Source of the DNA: Trueperaceae bacterium
GTDB lineage: Bacteria; Deinococcota; Deinococci; Deinococcales; Trueperaceae
NCBI GenBank assembly: GCA_965214405.1
Contig: OZ243956.1
Coordinates: 1,344,001-1,408,000, forward strand
Reading direction: 5' to 3'
Length of the DNA stretch: 64,000 nucleotides
Shown here: in pieces, positions 18,843 through 29,214 of the stretch
How positions within the stretch are numbered: the stretch's first letter is position 1
How the letters are laid out: each line of letters starts with the position of its first letter
The notes under the pieces: model-generated
Database searches by the model: none
What the model was told of the DNA's origin: nothing
The model's input: only the letters and a program-made list of their open reading frames with translations
Translations under genes and position numbers: made by a program

Positions 18843-21011
18843 GTGAGCATGGTTGACGGACTGGTGGACGATATGACGGACGGCGTACTCAGCCGTGGGG
18901 ACGGGGAACGCTTTAACGCGCTCAAGCGTAAGGTTTATCTTTTCGTCTTGCCGCTCATCTCTTCCGTGGTGCTCCTCACGCTCCTGCTGGCGCGACGCCT
19001 CGACGCGTTTAGCGCCTTTGACCTCGCGGTCTTGCCCGCGTTGGCGGTTTTGCTGCTCGTTTTTACCGTTCTCGCCTACGCCAACGAACGTGCGCTCGGG
19101 CTCGTCGAAAACGGCGTTTTCGGGGTGCTTACGGCTGTTTTTTTGGGCAAGTTCGCCTACAGCGTCCTTCACGCGCCCGTGGGGAGCGAGCTCACGCAAA
19201 TCTATATCTGGACGCCCCTCATTTATATGACGGCCTTCTTGATCTACGAGACGAGGGGGGCGCTCGTGCGCTCCGGGTTGGTTTACGCCGTGACGTTGGG
19301 TGTGGGTTTCGTGTCGGTGTTTGTGAGTCCGCCCGGCGCCGAACTTGCGGTCATGGGTGGGTCCGAGCGGCTGCTCGAGTTCTACTTAGCCAACGGCATT
19401 TTAGTCACGCTGCTTTTTACCTTTGCGACCTTGCGCCAGCGCGTCGGCGAACTCCAGGCGTCGCTCGCCAAGATGGAGCGTTTGGCGCACCAGGACGCGC
19501 TCACCGAGCTGCCGAACCGCCGCCAGCTCGAGACCGACCTCAAGAGCGAATTCGCCAAAACCGAGGGGGCCGGTCGGCGCGCCGCGCCCCTGTCGGTGAT
19601 TATCTTCGACGCCGACAATTTCAAGCGGATCAACGACAGCTACGGCCATGACGTCGGCGACTACGCGCTCCGGATGATCGCCGCGCTCCTGTCCGAAGAG
19701 CTTCGGGAGGGCGACTCCTTTGGTCGCTGGGGCGGCGAGGAGTTTCTGGTCGTCGCGCCGCAAACGGACCTCGAGAGCGCGCTCAACTTGGCCGAGCGAC
19801 TTAGGCACGCGCTGGCGGCGCACACCTTTCACACCCTGGGCACGCTCACCGCAAGTTTCGGCGTCGCCTCTTTTAGACCCGGCGACACCCCCGAGACGCT
19901 CGTAAAACGCGCCGACGACGCGCTCTACGAAAGCAAGTCGAACGGCAAAAACCGGGTCGAGGCGGTCGCCGTGGAACTCGCCGAGACCGTCACGCTACCC
20001 AAGCTCTTCTGCCCCTTTGACGCGCCCACGGGCGCGCACGCCGAGGCGCTGCAAGAGAGCACGCTGGCGTGGCTCGAGAGCTTTCGCGCCTACCCCAAAG
20101 AGAAGACGCGCCGCTGGGTCGAGGGCGTCAATCCGGGCTGGCTCGCGGCGACGCTCCACCACGACGCGCCCTTAGAGGCGCAACGCTTGGTGTCCGACTG
20201 GTACCTCTGGATGTTTTTGCACGACGACCGCTGCGACGAGTCGGACGCGGGCAAAAACCCGGCGGGACTCACCTTCGTCAACGCGCGGCTGTTGGAAGTG
20301 CTGCGCGGCAACCCTCCAAAAAGCGGCGACGAGCCGCTCGCCCACATGCTGTGGGAACTGCGGGGACGGCTGCTCGCCTACAGCTTAGCAAGGGGTTTGG
20401 GTGGGGAGCATAACGAGCTCGAGTACGGTTATCCCAAAGATGCTCAGGAAACGAGCTGGATGACCCGCTTTACAAGCGCCGTCGGGGCGTATTTCGACGC
20501 GACCGTGTGGGAGGCGGTCAACCGGGCTCGCGGGAACGTGCCCAAACTCTCTCACTACGTTCAGACGCGCCTGCTCACGAGCGGGCTGCCCATCGACACG
20601 ATGCTTTTAGAAGTAGCCGACGGCGTCGCTCTGCCCGAAGCGGTGCGCGACCACGCCGCGCTCCGCCACATCACGCTTCTCTCTGACAACGCCATCTGCT
20701 GGGCCAACGATATTTTTTCGCTCCGCAAAGAGCTCGAGCAGGGCGACGTTCATAACCTCGTTTTGGCGCTCCGTCACGCGCACAAGCTCACTCTGCAAGA
20801 GGCGGTCGAGCGCGCCACCTGGATGCACGACGAGGAGGTGAGGCGCTTTCTCGAGCACGAAACCCACCTCCCCTCCTTTGGTCCCCAGACCGACGCCGCG
20901 GTCGCACGCTACCTCACCGCACTACGCGCCCGCATGGGCGGCAACCACCGCTGGTCAAAGGGTGCCGCGCGTTACACCGTACCGGCGTCCGCACCCGTTG
21001 TTCTGGCTTAG
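18843..21011 (+). CDS. Membrane-anchored GGDEF diguanylate cyclase fused to a class I terpene synthase
   Basis: About 6 TM; DALTELPNRR, DADNFKRINDSYGHDVGD, RxxD + RWGGEEF; then LPKLFCPF, DDRCD, NDIFSLRKE, WSKGAARY. Confidence 0.92.
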   Translation: MSMVDGLVDDMTDGVLSRGDGERFNALKRKVYLFVLPLISSVVLLTLLLARRLDAFSAFDLAVLPALAVLLLVFTVLAYANERALGLVENGVFGVLTAVFLGKFAYSVLHAPVGSELTQIYIWTPLIYMTAFLIYETRGALVRSGLVYAVTLGVGFVSVFVSPPGAELAVMGGSERLLEFYLANGILVTLLFTFATLRQRVGELQASLAKMERLAHQDALTELPNRRQLETDLKSEFAKTEGAGRRAAPLSVIIFDADNFKRINDSYGHDVGDYALRMIAALLSEELREGDSFGRWGGEEFLVVAPQTDLESALNLAERLRHALAAHTFHTLGTLTASFGVASFRPGDTPETLVKRADDALYESKSNGKNRVEAVAVELAETVTLPKLFCPFDAPTGAHAEALQESTLAWLESFRAYPKEKTRRWVEGVNPGWLAATLHHDAPLEAQRLVSDWYLWMFLHDDRCDESDAGKNPAGLTFVNARLLEVLRGNPPKSGDEPLAHMLWELRGRLLAYSLARGLGGEHNELEYGYPKDAQETSWMTRFTSAVGAYFDATVWEAVNRARGNVPKLSHYVQTRLLTSGLPIDTMLLEVADGVALPEAVRDHAALRHITLLSDNAICWANDIFSLRKELEQGDVHNLVLALRHAHKLTLQEAVERATWMHDEEVRRFLEHETHLPSFGPQTDAAVARYLTALRARMGGNHRWSKGAARYTVPASAPVVLA

Positions 21012-21154
21012 TTTCGGCTTAGCTTTGACTTTGGCCGACCCCTCGCTTTTGACCCTTACGGCAGGCGACACCCCGGTTTACAACACGCTCACCTGAAAGA
21101 AACTTGACGAGCCCACGCGTTCTGGGATGATGTTTACGAAGAGGAAAATAAGAT

Positions 21155-21182
21155 GAGCCGAGTACCATTTGATACTCGGCTC
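21155..21182 (-). terminator. Intrinsic terminator after rpsT
   Basis: GAGCCGAGTA-8 nt-TACTCGGCTC stem with a U-rich tail on the minus strand. Confidence 0.7.
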
Positions 21183-21211
21183 GAGCCGTAAAACAGCCTT
21201 TTCTTAGACGT

Positions 21212-21490
21212 CTACGCTTCAACCCCGCTACGCAGTTGGCTGATGCGCCGGGCCAAGCGCGACTTTCTGCGGGCGGCTGTATTTTTGTGTAACGTCGAGC
21301 TTTTGGCGGCCTTGTCGATAAGACTCTTGGCAACGTTGTAATATTTTTCCGCCGACTCGAAGTCGCCGGACTCCGCCGCCGCCACCGCTTTTTTGGTGAA
21401 AGTGCGGATGGTGCTCTTTTTGGACCTGTTGGCGAGCCTCACCCGCTCGGACTGACGGCGGTACTTCATCGCTGATGGATTTCTTGCCAT
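21212..21490 (-). CDS. rpsT: 30S ribosomal protein S20
   Basis: [10 protein letters not shown]...NRSKKS...IDKAAK...[12 protein letters not shown]. Confidence 0.97.
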   Translation of the reverse strand: MARNPSAMKYRRQSERVRLANRSKKSTIRTFTKKAVAAAESGDFESAEKYYNVAKSLIDKAAKSSTLHKNTAARRKSRLARRISQLRSGVEA

Positions 21491-21865
21491 GATGCTCTCT
21501 TTCCTTTACACGTCACGCGCGTTTTCGCGTGTGACACTGTTGTGCGCGCTATAGGCTTGCCCGGTTTGGGATTTAGACCCAGCTTCAAATTTTGTTAGAT
21601 GCTGCGAGCGCACGCGGGCGCTCACTCTCCCGCTGCCGGGTTGACAAGAAAAGAGTTTAACACACCGCGCGCCCTTCTGCAAACCCCGCCGAAACGCCAG
21701 AAACGCCAGAAACACTATATTAACAACCTGCCAAGCGCCTGGGTTACCGAGCTGGAAGCCGATTCTAGAAAGAGCGTGGAAAAATACCTCCATCTCGCAT
21801 GGGTGAGCTCGCCTACGCTGAAAGTGTAAACATCTTGTGGTGAAGCCGGTGAAACGGCGAGAGAT

Positions 21866-22834
21866 CTAAGGAACGAGCAGCACCTTACCCGCCGTTTCGC
21901 GCCCCTCTAACTTCCGGTGGGCCTCGGCGGCGTCGGTTAAAGGGAGGCTCGAGTCAACCCGCACGTCCAGCTTGCCCTCCCCCACCCAGCGCAGCACGTC
22001 GCCCGCGCGCCAGAGCAGTTCGTCGCGGTCTTGGACGTAATGGCCCAGGCTGGGCCGCGTCAAGTAGAGCGAGCCTTTGGCGTTGAGCACCTGCGGGTCG
22101 AAGCCCCCCACGGGTCCCGAGGACTGCCCGAAAAGCGCTAAAAGGCCGCGCGGCTCGAGGCAATTCAAGCTTTTTTCAAACGTCGTCTTGCCAACCGAGT
22201 CGTAAACGACTTGTACGCCTTTACCATTCGTCAAATCTTTAATAGCCTCCTCGAAATCCTCTTCGGTGTAGCGGATGACCTCGTCCGCACCCGCGCCCCG
22301 CGCCAGTTCGGCTTTTTCCTCCGTCGAGACGGTGCCGAAGACTCGAGCCCCGCGCATCTTCGCCATCTGTACCAGGAGCAGCCCCACGCCGCCCGCCGCC
22401 GCGTGGACAAGGCAAGCGTCGCCCTCTTTTAATGGATACGTGCTGTGCGAGAGGTAGTGCGCGGTCATGCCCTGGAGCATCACCGCGGCGGCGAGTTCGG
22501 TGCTCACGCCCTCGGGGATGCGGACGAGCTTCGCCGCTGGGACCACGCTTTGCTCGGCGTAGGAGCCCGGCGTCATCGCGTAGGCGACACGGTCACCTAC
22601 CGCGACTTCACTGACGTTAGGGCCGACCGCGAGCACCTCCCCCGCGCCCTCCATGCCGGGAACGAAAGGAAGCGTTACTTTATATAGACCTCCCCGCTGA
22701 TAGGTGTCGATAAAGTTGACCCCCGCCGCGCCCAACCTCACAAGCGCCTCGCCGTCGCCGGGTGTGGGCGCGTCTACGTCTCGAAGCTCGAGCCGCTCCG
22801 GCCCGCCGTGTTCACGAATCTGAATCGCTTTCAT
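21866..22834 (-). CDS. qor: NADPH:quinone oxidoreductase (zeta-crystallin type)
   Basis: [35 protein letters not shown]. Confidence 0.93.
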   Translation of the reverse strand: MKAIQIREHGGPERLELRDVDAPTPGDGEALVRLGAAGVNFIDTYQRGGLYKVTLPFVPGMEGAGEVLAVGPNVSEVAVGDRVAYAMTPGSYAEQSVVPAAKLVRIPEGVSTELAAAVMLQGMTAHYLSHSTYPLKEGDACLVHAAAGGVGLLLVQMAKMRGARVFGTVSTEEKAELARGAGADEVIRYTEEDFEEAIKDLTNGKGVQVVYDSVGKTTFEKSLNCLEPRGLLALFGQSSGPVGGFDPQVLNAKGSLYLTRPSLGHYVQDRDELLWRAGDVLRWVGEGKLDVRVDSSLPLTDAAEAHRKLEGRETAGKVLLVP

Positions 22835-22945
22835 ATCTCTCCTTTAGAAGAGCCTACCGCGTTCTCGAGGATTGAGGGCTGAAAGCTTCCCTTTTCTCTC
22901 TGTCCTTTTCTCTTGCTCCTTGGTCCTCAAACGGTACACTTGAAC

Positions 22946-23455
22946 GTGCCCCCACCCCTCCGCCTCTTCCTCAAGAGCAAAAAGCCCACGTATGGAGAGG
23001 CGGCCTCGAGCCTGCGCCTCCTCTTCATGGGCGCGTTCGGGATGCAGCTTCTTTTTTCTTTACTCGTCGGCGTCGTAGCGGCGCTCATCGTCGGCGTTCA
23101 AGCGGGCGGGAGTTCGCTCGTCGCGCCCGTGATGCTCGCGTTCGCTTTTCTGAGCCTGCCGCTGGCGCTCCTTGTGGCGTCATTCGCCTCGAGGGGCGGC
23201 GGCAAAGCGGGCGCGCTCGCCGCGGCGATTGCGCTGGGCGTCATGCTGTCCACCCCCGCGTGGTTCATGCTTTTCACGCTGCTGACCGGCGGCGCGCCCC
23301 GTTACCTCCTCCTTTTTTTGGGGATGCTCGCAGTTTATTACGGGCTCGGCCTCTTGCTGGCGGGGCGTTACGCCCGCATGGCAATTTCGGCTGAACCACC
23401 CAAATCCGCATCACCCGAAGCCGAACGCACACCCCGGTCACACGAGGGGGTTTAG
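22946..23455 (+). CDS. Hypothetical membrane protein (4 TM)
   Basis: Hydrophobic helices; TACACT-5 nt-GTG start; coupled to the next gene. Confidence 0.7.
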   Translation: MPPPLRLFLKSKKPTYGEAASSLRLLFMGAFGMQLLFSLLVGVVAALIVGVQAGGSSLVAPVMLAFAFLSLPLALLVASFASRGGGKAGALAAAIALGVMLSTPAWFMLFTLLTGGAPRYLLLFLGMLAVYYGLGLLLAGRYARMAISAEPPKSASPEAERTPRSHEGV

Positions 23456-24360
23456 TGGCGCTTTTTGAAACGCTCCTCAACGTGGTGGTGCCCGCGTTTG
23501 TGGTTATCGGGGTGGGGGTGCTGCTGGGGCGGTTTTTGAAGCTCGACTTGGTGCCCCTAAACCGCGTGGCGCTTTACGCGGCGGTGCCCGCGCTCGTCTT
23601 CACCTCGCTCGCCACAACGGAACTCGGCGCGGGGAGCGTGGGGCGCTTGGTGGTGGGGCAACTCGTTTTTTTGGCGCTCATGCTGGGGCTCTCTTACCTC
23701 GCCTCGCGCCCCTTTGAGGCGCGCACGGGGCGCGGCTTTATGGCGACGAGTCTTTACGGCAACTCGGCTAATTTGATGCTCCCGGTCACGCTGTTTGCGC
23801 TCGGGGAGGGAGGGCTCGAGCGCGCCCTGGTCTTGTTCGTGGTCTCCTCCATCGCGCTCTTTGGCACTGGGCCGCTCGTGCTCGCGGGCGGTGGCGGTGC
23901 AAACGGTGCGGGGGTACGGCTTACGTCCGTGCTGCGCCTGCCTGTGCTGTGGGCGGCACTCGTCGGCGTGCTCTTCAACCTCTTGGGCCTTTCTTTTCCG
24001 CAGGGCTTGGCGCGCGGTATCGGCATCTTGAGCGACGCCGCGATTCCCCTGGTGCTGCTCGTGCTCGGGATGCAAATCCACCGCTCGGGTGTGAGCGTGC
24101 CCACGCGCGTAAACTGGGCGGGCGCGGGCTTCAAGCTCGTCGTCGGGCCGGTGCTGGGCTACCTCGCCGCCCGCATCGTCGGCGCGACGGGGCTCGATTT
24201 GGCGGTCTTGACGCTGCTCGGGGCGATGCCTCCGGCGGTCAACACCTTTATGTTGGCGCTAGAGTTCGGCGGCAACGCCGAGGAGGTGGCGCGCACGGTG
24301 GTGCTGGCGACGCTCCTGGCGCTTTTTAGTTTGTCGGTGGTGGTGACGCTACTAACCTGA
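23455..24360 (+). CDS. AEC family transporter
   Basis: VPALVF, GNSANL, AAIPLVLLVLG, MPPAVN; about 10 TM. Confidence 0.9.
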   Translation: MALFETLLNVVVPAFVVIGVGVLLGRFLKLDLVPLNRVALYAAVPALVFTSLATTELGAGSVGRLVVGQLVFLALMLGLSYLASRPFEARTGRGFMATSLYGNSANLMLPVTLFALGEGGLERALVLFVVSSIALFGTGPLVLAGGGGANGAGVRLTSVLRLPVLWAALVGVLFNLLGLSFPQGLARGIGILSDAAIPLVLLVLGMQIHRSGVSVPTRVNWAGAGFKLVVGPVLGYLAARIVGATGLDLAVLTLLGAMPPAVNTFMLALEFGGNAEEVARTVVLATLLALFSLSVVVTLLT

Positions 24361-24490
24361 TGGCGACCTCGTGCGCGTTGAGGCTGGCCCAGTCGCGGTG
24401 AGGGCTGCTCGAGCGCGCCAAGAACTCAAACAGCGAGAATTTAAACAACAGTGGCAAAAACGGAAACAAGAGTATGGTAAAAATCAGGCT

Positions 24491-25036
24491 ATGACAGACG
24501 TGTGGGCACTTTTTTGGTCCTTTACCAAGGTGGGCTTGTTCGGCTTCGGCGGCGGCCCCTCGATGATTCCTTTGATTCAACAAGAAGTGGTAGACGCGCG
24601 CCACTGGCTCACCAAAGAGGAGTTTTTGGACGCCTACGCCTTTGGCAGCACCCTCCCCGGCCCTATCGCCACCAAGATGGCGGGCTACGTCGGTTACAAG
24701 GTCTCAGGCACCTTGGGGGCCGCCGCCGGGCTCATCGGCGTGACGGTGCCCACCGTCATCGCGATGATCGCGCTCGGCGTGCTCTACCTGCGCTACCGCG
24801 ACTCGTCGGTTATCAGCGGCTTCTTAAAGGGCGTCCGCCCCGTGGTCATCGCGCTCCTCGCGCTCGTCGTTTACGAATTCGCGCCAAGCGCGTTTGGTGC
24901 GCCGCCGCAGTGGCTCGCCAACTGGGCGTTCTGGCTGCTCGCGGTGGTGGCTTTTGTGCTGGCGGTTCGCTTTAACGTTCACCCGGCGGTGCTGATTGTC
25001 GCGGGCGGCGCTTTAGGCATCACCCTCTTTCGCTAG
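24491..25036 (+). CDS. Short-chain chromate transporter (CHR)
   Basis: GLFGFGGG, TLPGP, GYVGY motifs; start moved to ATG 24491. Confidence 0.9.
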   Translation: MTDVWALFWSFTKVGLFGFGGGPSMIPLIQQEVVDARHWLTKEEFLDAYAFGSTLPGPIATKMAGYVGYKVSGTLGAAAGLIGVTVPTVIAMIALGVLYLRYRDSSVISGFLKGVRPVVIALLALVVYEFAPSAFGAPPQWLANWAFWLLAVVAFVLAVRFNVHPAVLIVAGGALGITLFR

Positions 25037-25043
25037 GAGACTT

Positions 25044-26630
25044 ATGGCTTTTACTTACGACTTCCCTTACCCCTCGCAGCGTATGCCCGTGATGGCAAAG
25101 AACGTGGTGGCGACCTCTCAACCCTTAGCCGCGCAAGCGGGGCTGCGGATGCTGCTAGCGGGCGGCAACGCGGTAGACGCCGCGCTGGGCGCCGCCATCG
25201 CGCTCACCGTGGTCGAGCCGACCTCGAACGGGATTGGCTCGGACGCCTTTGCGATTCTCTGGGACGGTTCGGAGCTTCACGGCCTCAACGCCTCGGGGCG
25301 CTCACCGGAGGCGCTCACACCGGAGCGGTTCGCAGGGCAGAAAAGCGTACCCCTACGCGGCTGGGACGCCGTGACCGTACCCGGCGCGGTGTCGGCCTGG
25401 GTGGCGCTGTCGGAGCGGTTTGGTAAACTGCCGTTCGAGAAACTTTTTGAACCCGCCATCACCTACGCCAGACAAGGCTTCCTCGTCTCGCCCATCACCG
25501 CTCGAGCCTGGGCTGTGGCCCGTAAAGCCTTTGCCGACTTCCCCGAGTTCATAGCGGGCTTCTTACCCGAGGGACGCGCGCCACAAGCCGGTAACCTTTT
25601 CCGGTTCGAGGACCAAGCGCGGACTTTGGAACGCATCGCCGAAACAAAGGGTGAAGCTTTTTACCGCGGCGACTTAGCCGAAAAGATAGCCGCGCACGCC
25701 AAAGTGTCGGGCGGCCTCATGACCAAAGAGGATTTGGCCGCACATCAAGCAAATTGGGTTGGGACCATCTCACAGCGCTACGGCGACGTTGAACTGCACG
25801 AAATCCCACCCAACGGTCAGGGGCTGGCGGCGCTCCTCGTGCTGGGGATGTTGGAGCATCACCCCGTCCGCGACTATCCCTTAGACTCCGCCGATTCGCT
25901 GCACGTGCAGCTCGAGGCCATGAAACTCGCCTTCGCCGACGCCCACCGCTACGTGTCCGACCCGGACACGATGGATATGCCCGTCGAGAGCCTGCTGAGT
26001 GAGACTTACCTCGCGGAGCGCGCCTCCTGCATCGACATGAAACGCGCGCAAGACCCCGGTCACGGCGTGCCCAAACGCGGAGGCACCGTTTATCTGACGG
26101 CGGCGGACGCGGACGGGATGATGGTCTCGTTTATCCAGTCCAACTACTACGGCTTCGGCTCGGGCGTGGTGGTGCCGGGGACGGGTATCAGCCTGCAAAA
26201 CCGCGGGGCCGGGTTTACGTTAGAAGAGGGGCACCCCAACAGAGTGGGCGGCGGCAAGCGGCCTTTTCACACCATCATCCCCGGTTTCTTGACCCAAAAC
26301 GGTCAGCCGCTCATGAGCTTCGGCGTGATGGGCGGCCCCATGCAGCCCCAGGGCCACGCGCAGATGGTTATTCGTTTACGCGACTACGGTCAGAACCCGC
26401 AAACGGCCTCGGACGCGCCGCGCTGGCGGGTGGCGGGGGGTTTAGACGTCCACGTCGAGCCGGGTTTTCGCGCGGAGGTCCTGGACGACCTGCGGAGCCG
26501 CGGCCACATCGTCACCGAGGATGATTCGGCCTTTGGCGGTTTTGGCGGGGCGCAGCTTATCTACAAAGTTGAGAGTGGTTACGTGGCAGGCTCGGACTCG
26601 CGCAAGGACGGGCAGGCGGTGGGTTTTTAG
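25044..26630 (+). CDS. ggt: Gamma-glutamyltransferase family protein
   Basis: GGNAVDAA, TVPG, GTVYLT (Thr nucleophile), KRPFHTIIP, GVMGG. Confidence 0.93.
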   Translation: MAFTYDFPYPSQRMPVMAKNVVATSQPLAAQAGLRMLLAGGNAVDAALGAAIALTVVEPTSNGIGSDAFAILWDGSELHGLNASGRSPEALTPERFAGQKSVPLRGWDAVTVPGAVSAWVALSERFGKLPFEKLFEPAITYARQGFLVSPITARAWAVARKAFADFPEFIAGFLPEGRAPQAGNLFRFEDQARTLERIAETKGEAFYRGDLAEKIAAHAKVSGGLMTKEDLAAHQANWVGTISQRYGDVELHEIPPNGQGLAALLVLGMLEHHPVRDYPLDSADSLHVQLEAMKLAFADAHRYVSDPDTMDMPVESLLSETYLAERASCIDMKRAQDPGHGVPKRGGTVYLTAADADGMMVSFIQSNYYGFGSGVVVPGTGISLQNRGAGFTLEEGHPNRVGGGKRPFHTIIPGFLTQNGQPLMSFGVMGGPMQPQGHAQMVIRLRDYGQNPQTASDAPRWRVAGGLDVHVEPGFRAEVLDDLRSRGHIVTEDDSAFGGFGGAQLIYKVESGYVAGSDSRKDGQAVGF

Positions 26631-26653
26631 GCTCAGCTATGCCACAATAGAGC

Positions 26654-28177
26654 ATGACAAATTTGCGGCAGTTTTTTGTTCTTCTTTGCCTCACGCTCGC
26701 TTGCTTCGGTCTCGCCCAACGCGAGGATGTCTACTACGAAATCTTTGTGCGCTCCTTTCAGGACTCCGACGGCGACGGCGTCGGAGATTTGCAGGGCGTC
26801 ATTGGGCGGCTCGAGTACCTGCAAGACTTGGGCGTTACCGGGCTTTGGCTCATGCCGATTCACCCGAGCCCGAGCTACCACGGGTACGACGTGACCGACT
26901 ACTACGCCGTCAATCCCGACTACGGGACGCTTCAAGATTTTGAAACCCTGTTGAACGAGGCGCACGCGCGCGGTATCAACATAGTGATGGATTTGGTCGT
27001 CAACCACTCGAGCAGCCAGCACCCCTGGTTCTTAGCCTCCAAAGACCCCGCCTCGCCCTACCGCGACTACTACCTGTGGCGAGAAGACGACCCCGGTTGG
27101 CTCGGGCTGGGCGGCCCGGCCTGGCACGCGTCGGGGGATGATTACTATTTAGGGCTCTTCTGGAGCGAGATGCCCGACCTCAACTACCGCAATCCCGAAG
27201 TGGTCGAGGAGATGGACGATATAGCGACGTTCTGGCTCGAGCTCGGCGTGGACGGTTTCCGCATCGACGCGATTCAGCACGTGGTTGAGAGTACCGACGG
27301 CTTGATTCGCAACACGCCGGAAAATCTCGAGTGGGTCGAAAACTTTGAAGCCTTTATCAAGTCCGTCAACCCCAACGCGTTTCTCGTCGGCGAGACCTGG
27401 ACGGATACCGAGACGATTGCGAACTATTTTACCAGGGCGAACCTCGACCTGGCCTTTGACTACCCGCTCTATACGTCTCTTTTGGACGCGGTGGGAAAGA
27501 GCAGCGCGACGAATCTTAACTTTACTTTAGAGAGCGAAGCGCGCCTCTTCCCGCCCGACGCGCAGCGGGCCACGTTTATCTCCAACCACGACCAAATCCG
27601 CCCCGCGACCTCGCTGAGCCTCCTGCGCCGCGACGAGGGGAAGCTCAAACTCGCGGCGGGCCTCCTCCTGACGCTGCCCGGTACGCCCTTTCTCTACTAC
27701 GGCGAAGAAATCGGCCTGCCCAACGGCCCCGGCGACAAAGATGAGGAGAAGCGCACCCCGATGCGCTGGGACCCGGACGCGCCCCATACCGGTTTCAGCA
27801 CCGCCGAGCCCTGGTATCCCTTTAGCACCGACGATCCAAGCATCACGGTGGCGGCGCAGGCGGGGGAGGATTCGGTTCTGAATACGTATAAAACATTCAT
27901 CGCCCTAAGGCAGACCAACCCAGCGCTGAGCCGCGGCGACGTGGTGGTGCTGGACACGGGAGACCGCGGCGTGCTCGCCTTTGCGCGCACAACCGACGAG
28001 CAGACCCTGCTAGTAATTGCCAACCTTTCCAAGCAGGAGCGGGAGGTGGATGTAGGGGCGCTTGTTGAAGGCTCAACGCTCGAGGGTTCATTTGCAGAGG
28101 CTGAAGATTTGCTCACCGGCGAAACCTCCTCCGGTACGCTTGTACTGACGCCGCTCGAGGTGAGGGTGCTCGAGTAG
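26654..28177 (+). CDS. Secreted GH13 alpha-amylase-family glycoside hydrolase
   Basis: Signal peptide; DLVVNH, GFRIDA, LVGETW, FISNHD. Confidence 0.93.
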   Translation: MTNLRQFFVLLCLTLACFGLAQREDVYYEIFVRSFQDSDGDGVGDLQGVIGRLEYLQDLGVTGLWLMPIHPSPSYHGYDVTDYYAVNPDYGTLQDFETLLNEAHARGINIVMDLVVNHSSSQHPWFLASKDPASPYRDYYLWREDDPGWLGLGGPAWHASGDDYYLGLFWSEMPDLNYRNPEVVEEMDDIATFWLELGVDGFRIDAIQHVVESTDGLIRNTPENLEWVENFEAFIKSVNPNAFLVGETWTDTETIANYFTRANLDLAFDYPLYTSLLDAVGKSSATNLNFTLESEARLFPPDAQRATFISNHDQIRPATSLSLLRRDEGKLKLAAGLLLTLPGTPFLYYGEEIGLPNGPGDKDEEKRTPMRWDPDAPHTGFSTAEPWYPFSTDDPSITVAAQAGEDSVLNTYKTFIALRQTNPALSRGDVVVLDTGDRGVLAFARTTDEQTLLVIANLSKQEREVDVGALVEGSTLEGSFAEAEDLLTGETSSGTLVLTPLEVRVLE

Positions 28178-28198
28178 CGGAGGACGCGAGTTAATGGT

Positions 28199-28657
28199 TT
28201 GAGAGCGCCCTTCCAAGTTCTTGTTTTTCCGTATAGGTTTAGGGATGGTGAGCCAGAAATCCTTATTGGTCAGCGAAGTGACGACGGTTCTTGGCAAGCG
28301 GTGTCTGGTGGCGGTGAGCTAGGGGAAACCATTCTGGAAGCTGCTACTCGAGAGTTGCGAGAAGAAGCCGCACTGGAGGGTATTGATTGGGTTCAATTAG
28401 ATTCGATTTGTACGCTTCCAAGAATTCACTTCAAAGACCACGAAAACTGGGTACGACACCCGTATGTTGTGCCGGAGTATTCGTTCATGACTTTAGTCAA
28501 CGAGGAGCCTAAACCGTCCGAAGAACACGTTGAACTCAAGTGGTGCTCGGTTTCCGAGGCTACAGAGTTGTTAAAGTATGACTCAAACAAAATTGCGTTA
28601 TGGGAAGTTGGACAGCGGTTAAGCAGGTTAAAGGTGCAGCACAGTCCTGATGAGTAA
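28199..28657 (+). CDS. NUDIX pyrophosphatase
   Basis: GGGELGETILEAATRELREEA Nudix box; lower GC. Confidence 0.9.
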   Translation: MRAPFQVLVFPYRFRDGEPEILIGQRSDDGSWQAVSGGGELGETILEAATRELREEAALEGIDWVQLDSICTLPRIHFKDHENWVRHPYVVPEYSFMTLVNEEPKPSEEHVELKWCSVSEATELLKYDSNKIALWEVGQRLSRLKVQHSPDE

Positions 28658-29201
28658 CCCGTCGAAACTCAAGCTCTTTCACGTCAGCGAAACCCCTAAC
28701 ATTCGCCTTTTCGAGCCGCGCCCGGACAGAAGGGGTGAGTTGGCGGTTTGGGCGGTAGGAGAACCCAGACTGCACAACTACCTCTTGCCAAGAGACTGCC
28801 CAAGAATCACTTTTTTCGCAGACGACAAGACTTCAGATGAGGACCGCTCGAGATTCTTGGGAAGCGCAGAGTCAGTCGTGGCGATTGAAAGCGGCTGGTT
28901 CAACGTTTGTCTCGAAACCTCACTCTACCTTTACGAGTTCGACCCTCAGCCGTTTTCGCTGATTGATACGACAGCGTGCTATTACGTCTCCAAAGAAGCG
29001 GTTAAACCCATCCGTGAAACGCCCGTCTCAAACGTCCTGGGTGCGCTGCTTGAAAAAGGCGTAGAACTTAGGATTCTGCCGTCTCTCTGGGAACTTCGTG
29101 AGGCTGTCGTTTCTTCAACGTTGGCTTTTTCTATCATCCGGATGCGGAACGCTTCTCCGCCTCCCGACAGTTTTGGGAGTCGTTATGAAACGCCCTTGTG
29201 A
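28650..29201 (+). CDS. Conserved hypothetical protein (DUF6886-like)
   Basis: LFHVSE..I..FEPR, NYLLPRDCPR, FSIIRMRNA. Confidence 0.75.
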   Translation: MSNPSKLKLFHVSETPNIRLFEPRPDRRGELAVWAVGEPRLHNYLLPRDCPRITFFADDKTSDEDRSRFLGSAESVVAIESGWFNVCLETSLYLYEFDPQPFSLIDTTACYYVSKEAVKPIRETPVSNVLGALLEKGVELRILPSLWELREAVVSSTLAFSIIRMRNASPPPDSFGSRYETPL

Positions 29202-29214
29202 TGCTTACAAGGAT

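Noticed and set aside
21506..21829. Short ORFs upstream of rpsT
   Set aside because: No RBS, motif or host-like codon pattern; likely promoter/leader DNA.
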